Positions 25,880 to 35,653 of a DNA stretch of 64,000 nucleotides are shown piece by piece. How positions within the stretch are numbered: the stretch's first letter is position 1; every line of letters starts with the position of its first letter. Both the position numbers and the translations under genes were made by a program. The notes under the pieces are model-generated. The model had not been told where the DNA came from. It did not search any database and saw only the letters and a list, made by a program, of their open reading frames with translations. The DNA is taken from IMG/VR virus record IMGVR_UViG_3300032236_000727, positions 1,906-65,905 of that record. One strand, written 5' to 3'. This stretch comes from a virus (Duplodnaviria; Caudoviricetes).

Positions 25880-27754
25880 ATGGACCAATATCAAGAGTAC
25901 ATTGCAGCTAGCCGATATGCCCGATTCGTTGACGAAAAAGGTCGACGTGAAAATTGGGGTGAAACAGTAGACCGTTACGTTGACTACATTTTTAGCCGTA
26001 CGCCAGCAATACAAGAAAACAAAAAATTAAAATCAGAAATTCGTAGTGCCATTTTTAACCTAGAACTTATGCCGTCCATGCGAGCCATGATGACAGCAGG
26101 AAAGAGTGCCGATCGTGACAATACTTGCGTCTATAATTGCTCGTATCTCCCAGTGGATGATGCCAAAAGTTTTGACGAAGCCATGTTCATTTTGCTTTGC
26201 GGAACTGGTGTTGGATTCTCAGTTGAATCCAAGTACATTAACCGTTTGCCCGAAGTGCCAGAAAAGTTGTTTGATTCAGAGCACACCATCGTCGTACACG
26301 ACAGCAAGGAAGGCTGGGCAAAATCATTGCGTCTACTCCTCGCCCACCTCTGGTCCGGAGAAATCCCTCGATGGAATGTTGAGTCCGTCCGCCCCGCCGG
26401 AGCACGACTCAAAACTTTTGGTGGAAGAGCTTCCGGGCCGCAACCATTAGTAGATTTATTTGAGTTTGCTGTTGCTATGTTTAAAGGTGCAAAGGGTCGC
26501 AAGTTAAATTCCCTTGAGTGCCACGACTTGATGTGTAAAATTGGTGAGGTAGTTGTAGTCGGTGGTGTTCGCCGATCTGCTATGATATCATTATCAGACT
26601 TAGACGATGAGAGGATTCGATATGCCAAAGCAGGACCATGGTGGGATACTGCACCGCATAGAGCGCTTGCAAACAATAGCGCAGTCTACAATGAGACGCC
26701 AACTGTTGGAAAGTTCATGGAAGAGTGGTTGTCACTCTACAACTCCCACTCAGGTGAGCGCGGCATCTTTAACAGAGAAGCTGCTAGAAAAACAGTCGAA
26801 AAATATGGTCATCGAGATCCCAACTATGAGTTCGGAACAAATCCCTGCTCGGAAATCGTTCTTCGCCCGTATCAATTCTGCAATCTTTCGGAAGTGGTGG
26901 TAAGACATAATGACACAAGGGAAACCCTCCTGCGCAAAGTGCGCCTCGCCGCTATCTTGGGTACCATCCAGTCTACCTTCACCAAGTTCCCCTATTTGCG
27001 CAAGGTGTGGCAGAGAAATACTGAAGAGGAGCGGTTACTGGGTGTTTCCCTCACCGGAATCTATGATAATCCCCTTCTCACAACCCAAGGAGACAAACTA
27101 AATGAATTACTTACCGAACTTCGAGAGGAGTCTAGACGAGCCAACGAGGAGTTTGCAGAGTTGCTTGGAATACCTAAGAGTGCTGCGATTACTTGCGTTA
27201 AGCCCAGTGGAACCGTCAGCCAACTCGTTGATAGCGCTTCTGGAATCCACCCTAGACACTCTAAATTCTACATCCGTAGAGTTAGAGGAGATAAGAAAGA
27301 CCCTCTCACCCAATTCTTAATTGAACAAGGAATCCCAAATGAAGCATGCGTTTATAAACCAGATCAGACGGTGGTGTTTAGCTTTCCTCAAAAAGCACCC
27401 GCCGGTATCACTAGATCAGACGTATCTCCTATTGACCATCTCGGACTATGGCTTACGTACCAACGGTTCTGGTGTGAGCATAAGCCTAGTGTCACAATCT
27501 CAGTCGAAGAAAAAGACTGGCCAAGTGTCGGAGCCTGGACGTGGGACCACTTCCAAGAAATCAGCGGCGTCAGCTACCTCCCGTACGATGGCGGCACTTA
27601 CCGCCAAGCCCCGTACGAAGAGTGCAGCGAAGAGCAGTACAACGGCCTCAAAGCAAAAATCCCAAGCATCAACTGGGAAGACTTTAAGGAAACCACGGAC
27701 AACGTCGAAGGCGCGCAGCAATTAGCCTGTAGTGCTGGAGTCTGCGAAGTTTAA
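25880..27754 (+). CDS. nrdJ: Class II (B12-dependent) ribonucleotide reductase
   Basis: PSMR, YNCSY, GGVRRSA, TNPCSE, TCVKPSGT, C-terminal CSAGVCE; no beta subunit present. Confidence 0.92.
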   Translation: MDQYQEYIAASRYARFVDEKGRRENWGETVDRYVDYIFSRTPAIQENKKLKSEIRSAIFNLELMPSMRAMMTAGKSADRDNTCVYNCSYLPVDDAKSFDEAMFILLCGTGVGFSVESKYINRLPEVPEKLFDSEHTIVVHDSKEGWAKSLRLLLAHLWSGEIPRWNVESVRPAGARLKTFGGRASGPQPLVDLFEFAVAMFKGAKGRKLNSLECHDLMCKIGEVVVVGGVRRSAMISLSDLDDERIRYAKAGPWWDTAPHRALANNSAVYNETPTVGKFMEEWLSLYNSHSGERGIFNREAARKTVEKYGHRDPNYEFGTNPCSEIVLRPYQFCNLSEVVVRHNDTRETLLRKVRLAAILGTIQSTFTKFPYLRKVWQRNTEEERLLGVSLTGIYDNPLLTTQGDKLNELLTELREESRRANEEFAELLGIPKSAAITCVKPSGTVSQLVDSASGIHPRHSKFYIRRVRGDKKDPLTQFLIEQGIPNEACVYKPDQTVVFSFPQKAPAGITRSDVSPIDHLGLWLTYQRFWCEHKPSVTISVEEKDWPSVGAWTWDHFQEISGVSYLPYDGGTYRQAPYEECSEEQYNGLKAKIPSINWEDFKETTDNVEGAQQLACSAGVCEV

Positions 27755-27759
27755 AAGTA

Positions 27760-27812
27760 TTTCACATGGTGGTAGTTTGGGGCTCCTTCGGGAGCCTCTT
27801 TTTTGCATTATT
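27760..27812 (+). terminator. TTTCACATGGTGGTA box, UUCG terminator hairpin and fused phage promoter box
   Basis: GGCTCC-TTCG-GGAGCC, T-tract running into TGCATTATT. Confidence 0.7.
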
Positions 27813-27850
27813 GTATATACGCCGATACGTCGGATTGCCTAAGGAGCATT

Positions 27851-29794
27851 ATGATTTACAGCATTGACTTTGAGACACGTAGCACTATCGACCTAGCCGA
27901 ACAAGGGCTAGACATATACGCCAACGACCCCACAACAGAAGTGTTGTGTATTGCGTTCGGCACCCAACCTGACGATGTGTTAGTAACTGACCAAGTTAAC
28001 AACCCACACTACGGGCATTTTTTATCTAAATTATTAGACCACGTAGCCGAAGGTGGCAAAATCCAAGCATGGAACGCCATGTTTGAGTACGCCATCTGGA
28101 ACTGCGTCTGTGTGCCTAAGTACGGCTGGCCACCGCTCAAACTAGAGCAGTGCATTGACTCTATGGCAATTGCAGCGGCCAATAACATCCCCCAGTCTCT
28201 TGGTGATGCGTCTATCTTTATGGATGCGACTCATCAGAAAGACACAAGGGGCCGCTATTTAATCCAAAAGCTATGTAAACCAAATCGCAAAGGAGTGTTT
28301 GAAAATGACCCGCAATTACTTGCCGAATTATTTGAGTACTGTGCCCAAGACGTTAGAACTGAGATGGCAATTGTCCAACTTCTCCGCCCGCTCTCCACTA
28401 ATGAACAGCAAATTTGGGAGCTTACTCAACGGATCAACCTGCGTGGTGTCCCAGTGGATCCTAACGAGCTCCAGAACGCCGTAAAAGCAGTCATAAGGGC
28501 TCAGGATCAACTAGACAACGAATGCGTCTCCTTGACCGGTTGTAAGCCGTCTGAGAGGGCTAAATTGCTGGGTTGGTTAAATAGCCAAGGATTACAGACT
28601 GCTGATTTGACCGCTGAGAGCGTTGAAAAAATGCTGCAATGCAGCAAAACAGATCCACTTGTGTGGGATCCAAAAGTAGTTAGAGCATTAGAATTACGCC
28701 AAGAAGGCAGCCAAACTAGCGTGGCTAAATACGCTAAGATGATGGAGATTCAGAGAAATGGAAAAATTAGGAATACATTGGTGTATCATGGCGCTAGTAC
28801 TGGCCGCTGGGCGAGCCGTGGTGGTCTCAATTTACAGAATATTGCTCGTCCCACACTTGCGGATGAAGAGATTGAATCAGCGATACCAAGAGTCTTTAAT
28901 ACTGGAGTGGGCACGATGTCAGAGCTTTCCTCTCTCGTCCGCTCCGCCATATCGGCTCCAAGTGGCAAAACCTTCGTTGACGTGGATTTTAGCTCAATTG
29001 AAAACCGAGTTGGGGTTTGGCTCGCAGGACAAAACGACAAAGTAGAGCTATTTAGAAAGGGATTAGATGAGTATAAAGTATTCGCTTCAGAAAGCCTGTA
29101 CCGCATCGGCTATGATGAAGTCACGAAGGAACAACGCCAGGTTAGCAAGTCTGCGGTCCTTGGCGCGATGTTTGGTCAAGGAGCTAAAGGTCTTGTTAAA
29201 TATGCTGAAGGGATGGGGGTCAGTCTGACCGAGGCTCAGGCAAAGAATGCTGTAGATAATTACCGAGCGTCGTATGTGAAGGTGAAGCTGCTTTGGAATC
29301 TATGCGAGACTGCTGCCATCGACGCAGTTCAGAATCCCGGAACTGCTTTCGCGGCTGGTCATAAGATAAAGATGAAATCGGTGAAACAGGCTTTATGGAT
29401 GCAGCTACCATCAGGGCGCCTCATCTGCTGGCAAAGGCCAGAGCTCGAGTTGCTCACCACACCATGGGGCAGTGAGAAGCTTGGTGTCACTGTCCACAGC
29501 CAAAACACATTCACTCGGCAGTGGAGTAGGAACGCTTTGATTGGTAGTAGTATTTTTCAATCTGCCGTACAGGGAACGGCACGTGATTTTTTGGCAGACG
29601 CTACACTTAATATTACGAAAGCCGGGTATCAAGTGATCAATTTGATCCATGACGAGGTTTTGCTCCTAGTAGATGAAGCAGGGAGTGATACTGCATTAGA
29701 AGATGTGATTCGTATTATGACCACATCGCCAGCTTGGGCGTCAGACTTTCCGCTTGCAGCGGAGGGCTGGGTAGATAAGCGTTATAAGAAGTGA
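27851..29794 (+). CDS. Family A DNA polymerase (APSE-like, Leu at the 762-equivalent position)
   Basis: Exo I DFETRS, TGRWAS, motif A DFSSIE, motif B RQVSKSAVLG, motif C HDE. Confidence 0.93.
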   Translation: MIYSIDFETRSTIDLAEQGLDIYANDPTTEVLCIAFGTQPDDVLVTDQVNNPHYGHFLSKLLDHVAEGGKIQAWNAMFEYAIWNCVCVPKYGWPPLKLEQCIDSMAIAAANNIPQSLGDASIFMDATHQKDTRGRYLIQKLCKPNRKGVFENDPQLLAELFEYCAQDVRTEMAIVQLLRPLSTNEQQIWELTQRINLRGVPVDPNELQNAVKAVIRAQDQLDNECVSLTGCKPSERAKLLGWLNSQGLQTADLTAESVEKMLQCSKTDPLVWDPKVVRALELRQEGSQTSVAKYAKMMEIQRNGKIRNTLVYHGASTGRWASRGGLNLQNIARPTLADEEIESAIPRVFNTGVGTMSELSSLVRSAISAPSGKTFVDVDFSSIENRVGVWLAGQNDKVELFRKGLDEYKVFASESLYRIGYDEVTKEQRQVSKSAVLGAMFGQGAKGLVKYAEGMGVSLTEAQAKNAVDNYRASYVKVKLLWNLCETAAIDAVQNPGTAFAAGHKIKMKSVKQALWMQLPSGRLICWQRPELELLTTPWGSEKLGVTVHSQNTFTRQWSRNALIGSSIFQSAVQGTARDFLADATLNITKAGYQVINLIHDEVLLLVDEAGSDTALEDVIRIMTTSPAWASDFPLAAEGWVDKRYKK

Positions 29795-32700
29795 TTACTT
29801 CTTTTTCTTTTTAATCTTGCCGCCACGCTTTTTGGTAATATCGGGATCTAGCGGGTTGTAGGTTCCGATGTTACCTGTGGCGGATTTTAATTGAGTAGGT
29901 TCAAAAACATTTATATCACCAGTTTTTAAAGCATGAATCGCGTCATACCCAGCTTCTTTAGCTTTTTGTATTACCTCAGCATCCGATAATTTTGTACCCG
30001 TTGGATCAAAATGCCTAAAAAATTCTTCATGTGATTTGTTTATGTCAGATATAACAAAAGGATTTTTAACGGAAACATGAAGCGGTAAAACATTTGGGTA
30101 TGATTCTTTATCCGGTCTTATTATACCTGTGTATTCGCTTGCTGTTTCTGGATTTAAACTAACATAATGTCCGGGACCCATAGCCCCAATTCTTGATGGT
30201 TTAAATTCTTTTATATCTGCACCAGTGCCATGGTACACACGATCTTTAATTGCACTTCCTTCTAAAAACTTAGCTTTGTTAGCCTCCCGCTCAACGAGAG
30301 GCATTACCTTTTTTGCTAACGTCTCCAATGCGCTAACCACTTTACCACCAGGTGCGTAACCCTCAACAGCACCACCCTCAGCCTTCATAAAGTCAGGGTT
30401 GGCTGCCTCTTCTGGATTGTACTTTGCAAACTTGCCACGGATGTTTTGTGGTTCAAATACACCAACGTTTTTAATGCCACCTTCTGTTACGCTAAAAGTG
30501 TCGTGGCCTGTATCTTTTAAATGTTGTATCAATGATGGTGATTCTAACGTTCTCCAATTGTTAATTGGGTCCATCAATTTGTCCATCATGTGTTCGTGTT
30601 TTTTACTTATAATTTCATCAAAGTCTGGCGTAGCCGCTTCTTTTGCGTATCTTTTTGCCAAGTAATCTTTTACAATTTGCTCACCCTCTGGTGTAGATGG
30701 ATCAAAATGTTTGCCTAAGTTAACGCTAACCGGATACATAGTAGAACCAGTTTTAAAACTTTTTTGAGGAACCAATTCACCAGATTGCAAACTGTAGTAA
30801 GGTTTGCTTCCAGGGTTTAAAAAAGATTCAGCAAATTGTGGTTTTGGTGTTACAAAAGTAATCCCTGGAGTAATAAACTCCTCACTTTTTTTAGACTTAC
30901 TTGGATCAAACACCTTAATACTTGGTGATGGACTGCCATGATAAAAGCCAGGGGTAAACTTCTTTTTAAACTCTTCTACAGCAGACTTCATTACTTTACC
31001 ACCGGGCGCGTAACCAGACGCTTGAACTGCTTTAACATAGTCCTCAGTAATTGGCTGAGTTAAAATGTTGCGTGATAGGTGCATAGAGGTCACGTCAGGC
31101 TTTTTGCCCTTAGCAATATTACCCTGACGAATAGCTTCAATGGCATCAGGGTAACCAACCTCTTTCGGTACTGGAGCAAATGAATGTCCTAGATCTTTAC
31201 CAAATAGCGCATAGTCAAAAGCGTTATGTAGATCCGGGCGATACTCTGGAGCTCTTTCGTTTAATGTAAACAGACGAGTTCCAATAGACTGTGTAGGTGC
31301 ACCAATGGTATTAGGATCACGAGCAGCGCCAAGAACATCTTCCCAGTTAAAAATCTGACCTTTTTTGCCACCGAGCTGAACACCTGTTGGACCTTTGCCA
31401 CCCATAATGTCAGCTAATGCAGCACGTTGGTGAAATAGCTTAGCGTTTTCTTCTAACGCAGCGCGGTCACGAATATCAAACTGCTCTGGGAATGTAGTCA
31501 TCATTCCCTTATTAGTCTTGTACGTTGATGCCTTCATAGCATCTTGATACTTTTGTAATAGTTCTGGATCTAATTTACCTGCGGCAATAGCCTTATAAAA
31601 CTCATCGGTAAGATCGCCAAATACGGAACGGTTTGTTTTGAGTTGGGTAGGAGAGCCAAGAAGGCCGGTGATAATCGCGTTACCATCGTTTCTTTGACTT
31701 ACATTATGAAGACGCTTGGCTGCTGCCATGCTGTCGTTTGCAAATACCCAATCCTCTGCCTTGTGCAAAGGACTGATATTTTGTAGGTTAGACGCTTCTG
31801 GACCACCCATTTTACCAAGTGGTAGGTCTACCTTAGTGGTGTCTACAATGGTCGGATGTAATACTTTACCAATGTAGTTCTGAATAATGTCGCTATACTT
31901 TTTTGCCCCTTCTGCGACTTGGGGCGCGGCCTTTTTTAATACTGCACCACCCGGAGCAAAGTTTTGAACTGAGCCACCAGCATTTTTATTGATGTTGCTA
32001 GTATCCTCTTGTGTATCTGGCAAAAAGTATTGGAGTGCTGGAACACCAGCAGATAATGCAGTACCAATAGCACGAATAGGTTTGATCTTAGACTGACTGG
32101 CTACTCCACCAAGAGCGCCAAGTCCGCTTAATGCAGCACGACCATAGTTACCCTTTTCGAGTTCTTCTTTAACATTACCAAGCTCACCACCAGCAACACC
32201 CATGCCAAGCATGCGACGTGCCATACCAGGTTTGCCTAAACGCTCGCCCTCAATAATATTAGTGGCAGCCTTTTTAGCTAAAGTTGGCTCTTGAACTTCT
32301 AGTTGATTAGTAATACCAAGACGGCCTTTACGAATAGGCACTTCTGATCCGCGTGACTTAACTGGTTTACCACGAGCAATTTCTGATTTTAAATAAGCCT
32401 CTTCTTTAGTCTTACCACCAGCGTATGGATGACCTGTCTCTTGTTTAAGCCAGCTAGTAACACCTTTAGGTGCTCCAAGTTCAGCCTCAGATACAGCAGT
32501 AGGGGCAATCTTTTTAGCTAAGTATTCAAGAACAGCATCTGTAGCACCGCCAACTTGAGAACCTAAAGCAGAACCAGTAGCAGCGCCTAATGCTGTTCCA
32601 ACAGCTGGCGCTGATATCATATCATCTACACCCAATACACCACTAATTTTATCACCAATACTTTGGCTTGGCTCATCCAAACCGGCAAGATAGCTTAACT

Positions 32701-32827
32701 GATTCTCTTTTGAGTGACCAGCCTCTTCTGCAGCCTTTATATCGTAATTGTGTAGCTTAGCTAAATAGGCTAATTGATCATCAATTGAATGACCGGCCTC
32801 AGTAGCTGCTTGAGTATCGTATGCCAT
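29795..32827 (-). CDS. Polyvalent injected protein with two ART-like (ADP-ribosyltransferase fold) domains
   Basis: FYHGS...VFEPQNI and VYHGT...GPGHY...GYDA...VFEPTQLKS domains, separated by YAPGG motifs. Confidence 0.7.
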   Translation of the reverse strand: MAYDTQAATEAGHSIDDQLAYLAKLHNYDIKAAEEAGHSKENQLSYLAGLDEPSQSIGDKISGVLGVDDMISAPAVGTALGAATGSALGSQVGGATDAVLEYLAKKIAPTAVSEAELGAPKGVTSWLKQETGHPYAGGKTKEEAYLKSEIARGKPVKSRGSEVPIRKGRLGITNQLEVQEPTLAKKAATNIIEGERLGKPGMARRMLGMGVAGGELGNVKEELEKGNYGRAALSGLGALGGVASQSKIKPIRAIGTALSAGVPALQYFLPDTQEDTSNINKNAGGSVQNFAPGGAVLKKAAPQVAEGAKKYSDIIQNYIGKVLHPTIVDTTKVDLPLGKMGGPEASNLQNISPLHKAEDWVFANDSMAAAKRLHNVSQRNDGNAIITGLLGSPTQLKTNRSVFGDLTDEFYKAIAAGKLDPELLQKYQDAMKASTYKTNKGMMTTFPEQFDIRDRAALEENAKLFHQRAALADIMGGKGPTGVQLGGKKGQIFNWEDVLGAARDPNTIGAPTQSIGTRLFTLNERAPEYRPDLHNAFDYALFGKDLGHSFAPVPKEVGYPDAIEAIRQGNIAKGKKPDVTSMHLSRNILTQPITEDYVKAVQASGYAPGGKVMKSAVEEFKKKFTPGFYHGSPSPSIKVFDPSKSKKSEEFITPGITFVTPKPQFAESFLNPGSKPYYSLQSGELVPQKSFKTGSTMYPVSVNLGKHFDPSTPEGEQIVKDYLAKRYAKEAATPDFDEIISKKHEHMMDKLMDPINNWRTLESPSLIQHLKDTGHDTFSVTEGGIKNVGVFEPQNIRGKFAKYNPEEAANPDFMKAEGGAVEGYAPGGKVVSALETLAKKVMPLVEREANKAKFLEGSAIKDRVYHGTGADIKEFKPSRIGAMGPGHYVSLNPETASEYTGIIRPDKESYPNVLPLHVSVKNPFVISDINKSHEEFFRHFDPTGTKLSDAEVIQKAKEAGYDAIHALKTGDINVFEPTQLKSATGNIGTYNPLDPDITKKRGGKIKKKKK

Positions 32828-34731
32828 TATTTTTTCTTATGGAATGAACTGATGTCGCCCTTAGACTCACTGACAGCACTTGGAGCTGCAGAACCTTTAA
32901 ACGGATCACTTAAATTGCTAGTGTCTTTACCTAAAATACTACCGAGTTCTGTCTTGTGTTGGTTGATAATAGCCTGAGCAGCTGGACCACGCATAAATGC
33001 ACCAAATGGAGCATACTCACCATTTTGAGTTCTATACTGGTTATAAGCCTTAGCAATCTTATCGTCAAACTGTGCACGCTCAACCATAACCTGAGCCTGC
33101 ATTTTAAGAACAGCAGCTGGATCTTTAATGGAACCAACTGTGTCCTTGACCAATTTACGTTCGTTATCAGATACAGAACCTTGACCTTTGAGGTACGTTT
33201 GTGCATACTCAAGTTCGGCTGCGCTAAGATGTTTTTGCAGACGGTGTAACTTTTGTATTACTTCAACAGGCGCTTTTGCTTCCATTAAGTTTTTCTCTAA
33301 ATCAGCAAAGCCCAATGTGCCGAACTGACCAGCGTTAACACCACTCTCTAAAGTCTTTAACAGGAACGGAGCAACACCCTTTTTGGCCAACAGACCAAGG
33401 TACTGCTTCATCTGTGGGTCTTCAGTAATGCTGATAACGTCGTTGTATCGAATTGAACGCTCAGGAGCTGATAGGCCAGACGTATCAATTTGGTCAGCCT
33501 TAGCAGCATTTGTTGTACCAACTTTTTCAGCAAATGTTTCGCTGCCTTTTTGGTTAATCTTATCCTGTTGCTCTAATGCTTCTGGAGTTGGACGTGGACT
33601 TGCCGTTGTAGGAGTTGGTGTTGCGGTAGTTGCAGCTACTTGAGCTGGAGCAACAGTTGTACCCATCGCTGCTTTATTTTTAGCAACATAATCACCAATG
33701 CTTGTACCTAAAGCATCTTTGCGTTGTGTATTAATTGTACCATCAGCGTTAATTGCACCTTCACCACCGTGATAGGCGGCTAGTGTTTTGTCAACATCAC
33801 CATTAAACTTTTTGAAATAGTAGTCAAGTATCTTTTCGCCAGCGTCTTTATTATGCTCTGGGTTATTGATGTCATACTCTTTAGGAATAACGCCACGGCC
33901 TTTGAATGTATCAAAAGTATCTGCAGTAATTTGCATTGGGCCCATAGCACCTTGAACACCAGGTTTTGTTGTATCAGCTCTACCAGCAGAACTCTCAGTG
34001 CTAAATACAGCCTGTTTAAGTTTAGGTAATACATCGCCACCAGAAGTTACTGGAGCTGTTTTAATAGTAGTATCAACAGCGGCTTGAGTCTGTGCAGTAT
34101 CCTGGTATTTGTCTGGGTTAGCGCGGTATTCACGTGCTGAAATAACACGGCGAACTGGTTTGCCGTTAACAATTTCAACCACTGGAATTTTAGGCTCGTC
34201 CATTGTTGGGTTAGCATAAACCTCAGCCTGCTTTTGAGCCCATGCGTTGTATATTTTATCGTAAGCAGCTTGATCATTTTGATCTACTGCATTTTGTAAT
34301 GCCTGTTGTACCTGCGGTGGAATAGTTGCCTCTGTAACACCACGTGGACCAGCTGGAGCAGCTCCACCACCAATTTGCTCTGCAGCGCGTTGTTTAAATC
34401 GTTCTGCTTGAGCCTGAGCAGCTTTATACGCAGCCATCTGAGTGCGCATGTTAAACAGTTCTTGGGCTTGTTTGTCTTGTTGCTCGTTTACTGTGGCTAA
34501 TGCTTGTGAAGGGCCTTGTACTCCGCCAGATCCCCAAGCAGTTGCACGCTCTAAACCACGAGATAGTTCAGACAATGGGCTTGTACGCTCATTGATCATT
34601 GCCTGCATGTTTCTGAGAATTTCGCTAGTCTGTGTTGGATCTAATGCAATCTTACCCATTGGAGATACGGCACCAGTTTTACCAACACTAACAGGCAAAC
34701 CACCTTGAACTTCTACATTATCTTCTGGCAT
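32827..34731 (-). CDS. Ejection protein with a lytic transglycosylase (SLT-like) domain
   Basis: ESS.G, GAMGPMQI, LAAYHGG. Confidence 0.8.
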   Translation of the reverse strand: MPEDNVEVQGGLPVSVGKTGAVSPMGKIALDPTQTSEILRNMQAMINERTSPLSELSRGLERATAWGSGGVQGPSQALATVNEQQDKQAQELFNMRTQMAAYKAAQAQAERFKQRAAEQIGGGAAPAGPRGVTEATIPPQVQQALQNAVDQNDQAAYDKIYNAWAQKQAEVYANPTMDEPKIPVVEIVNGKPVRRVISAREYRANPDKYQDTAQTQAAVDTTIKTAPVTSGGDVLPKLKQAVFSTESSAGRADTTKPGVQGAMGPMQITADTFDTFKGRGVIPKEYDINNPEHNKDAGEKILDYYFKKFNGDVDKTLAAYHGGEGAINADGTINTQRKDALGTSIGDYVAKNKAAMGTTVAPAQVAATTATPTPTTASPRPTPEALEQQDKINQKGSETFAEKVGTTNAAKADQIDTSGLSAPERSIRYNDVISITEDPQMKQYLGLLAKKGVAPFLLKTLESGVNAGQFGTLGFADLEKNLMEAKAPVEVIQKLHRLQKHLSAAELEYAQTYLKGQGSVSDNERKLVKDTVGSIKDPAAVLKMQAQVMVERAQFDDKIAKAYNQYRTQNGEYAPFGAFMRGPAAQAIINQHKTELGSILGKDTSNLSDPFKGSAAPSAVSESKGDISSFHKKK

Positions 34732-34733
34732 GA

Positions 34734-35651
34734 TTATTCAATCCCTGATGTACCAACGCCATAATTACCGCTGTCTATGCTACCGGGGTTATATCCAGGC
34801 ATTTGAGTCACATCTACGGGTGTTGTTGGCTGTGTTATTCCAGCGCCCATAATACCTGTACTTGGATTAGATGAGAACAAACCACCTAATAAACTTCCAA
34901 TTGATGTGCCTGGGCTAATAGAACCAAGCAATGAATTAGCTGCACCTACACCACCACCAAGAGCTGAAGTCAAAGCACCAATTTGGTTAAGCGGAGATAG
35001 TTGTACGCTTTGTGTTTCGCTTGTCGGAACAGATAAGCCCCCAATAACTTTTGCAAGGTTTGCAGAAGACGCAAACGGAGCGCTTTGTTGTAATCCAGTC
35101 AATGTAGAAGCACCAGTAATATCTTGTGCACCAATATTTCCAATAGCCTGACCAGCTTGAACACCAGTCTGTTGTGCTTGCTGAGCAGCTTGCATCTGTT
35201 GTGCAAATAACTGAGCCTGTGCATCAGTCAATGCCTTATCAGCAGCAGTCTGTGTACGCAGGCTACCAAATTGACCAGCTCCGGTACCAGCAGCAGTTGA
35301 AGGTGCCATAATGTTTGGAGCTAATTGCTGTAGTTGTTGGTTCTGTGCTTGGAACAGTCCACCCAAAGCAGTTTGGGTGTTTGGTGTTACTTGGCCAGTT
35401 GCGCTAGTAATCCAAGGATTAGCGGCACCAGATGCAATCTGTTGTAGTGTACCAGTTGCTTGAGCAAAAGGATTTTGTGCACCACCATAAGTATTAATAG
35501 CCTGACCAGCTACAGTATTGGCTAACGATGGAACTTGAGACGCTGCAGTTGATGCTTGGTTAACAACATTTTGTTGTGCCTGAGACATCCACGCAGGTAG
35601 TGAGGTTGCCTTTGTTGCTGTATTGGTTATTAAATCAGATAGTCCCGCCAT
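34734..35651 (-). CDS. Ejection / DNA-transfer protein (Gln/Ala/Gly-rich)
   Basis: Composition, GQFGS motif and position among the internal virion genes. Confidence 0.6.
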   Translation of the reverse strand: MAGLSDLITNTATKATSLPAWMSQAQQNVVNQASTAASQVPSLANTVAGQAINTYGGAQNPFAQATGTLQQIASGAANPWITSATGQVTPNTQTALGGLFQAQNQQLQQLAPNIMAPSTAAGTGAGQFGSLRTQTAADKALTDAQAQLFAQQMQAAQQAQQTGVQAGQAIGNIGAQDITGASTLTGLQQSAPFASSANLAKVIGGLSVPTSETQSVQLSPLNQIGALTSALGGGVGAANSLLGSISPGTSIGSLLGGLFSSNPSTGIMGAGITQPTTPVDVTQMPGYNPGSIDSGNYGVGTSGIE

Positions 35652-35653
35652 GA

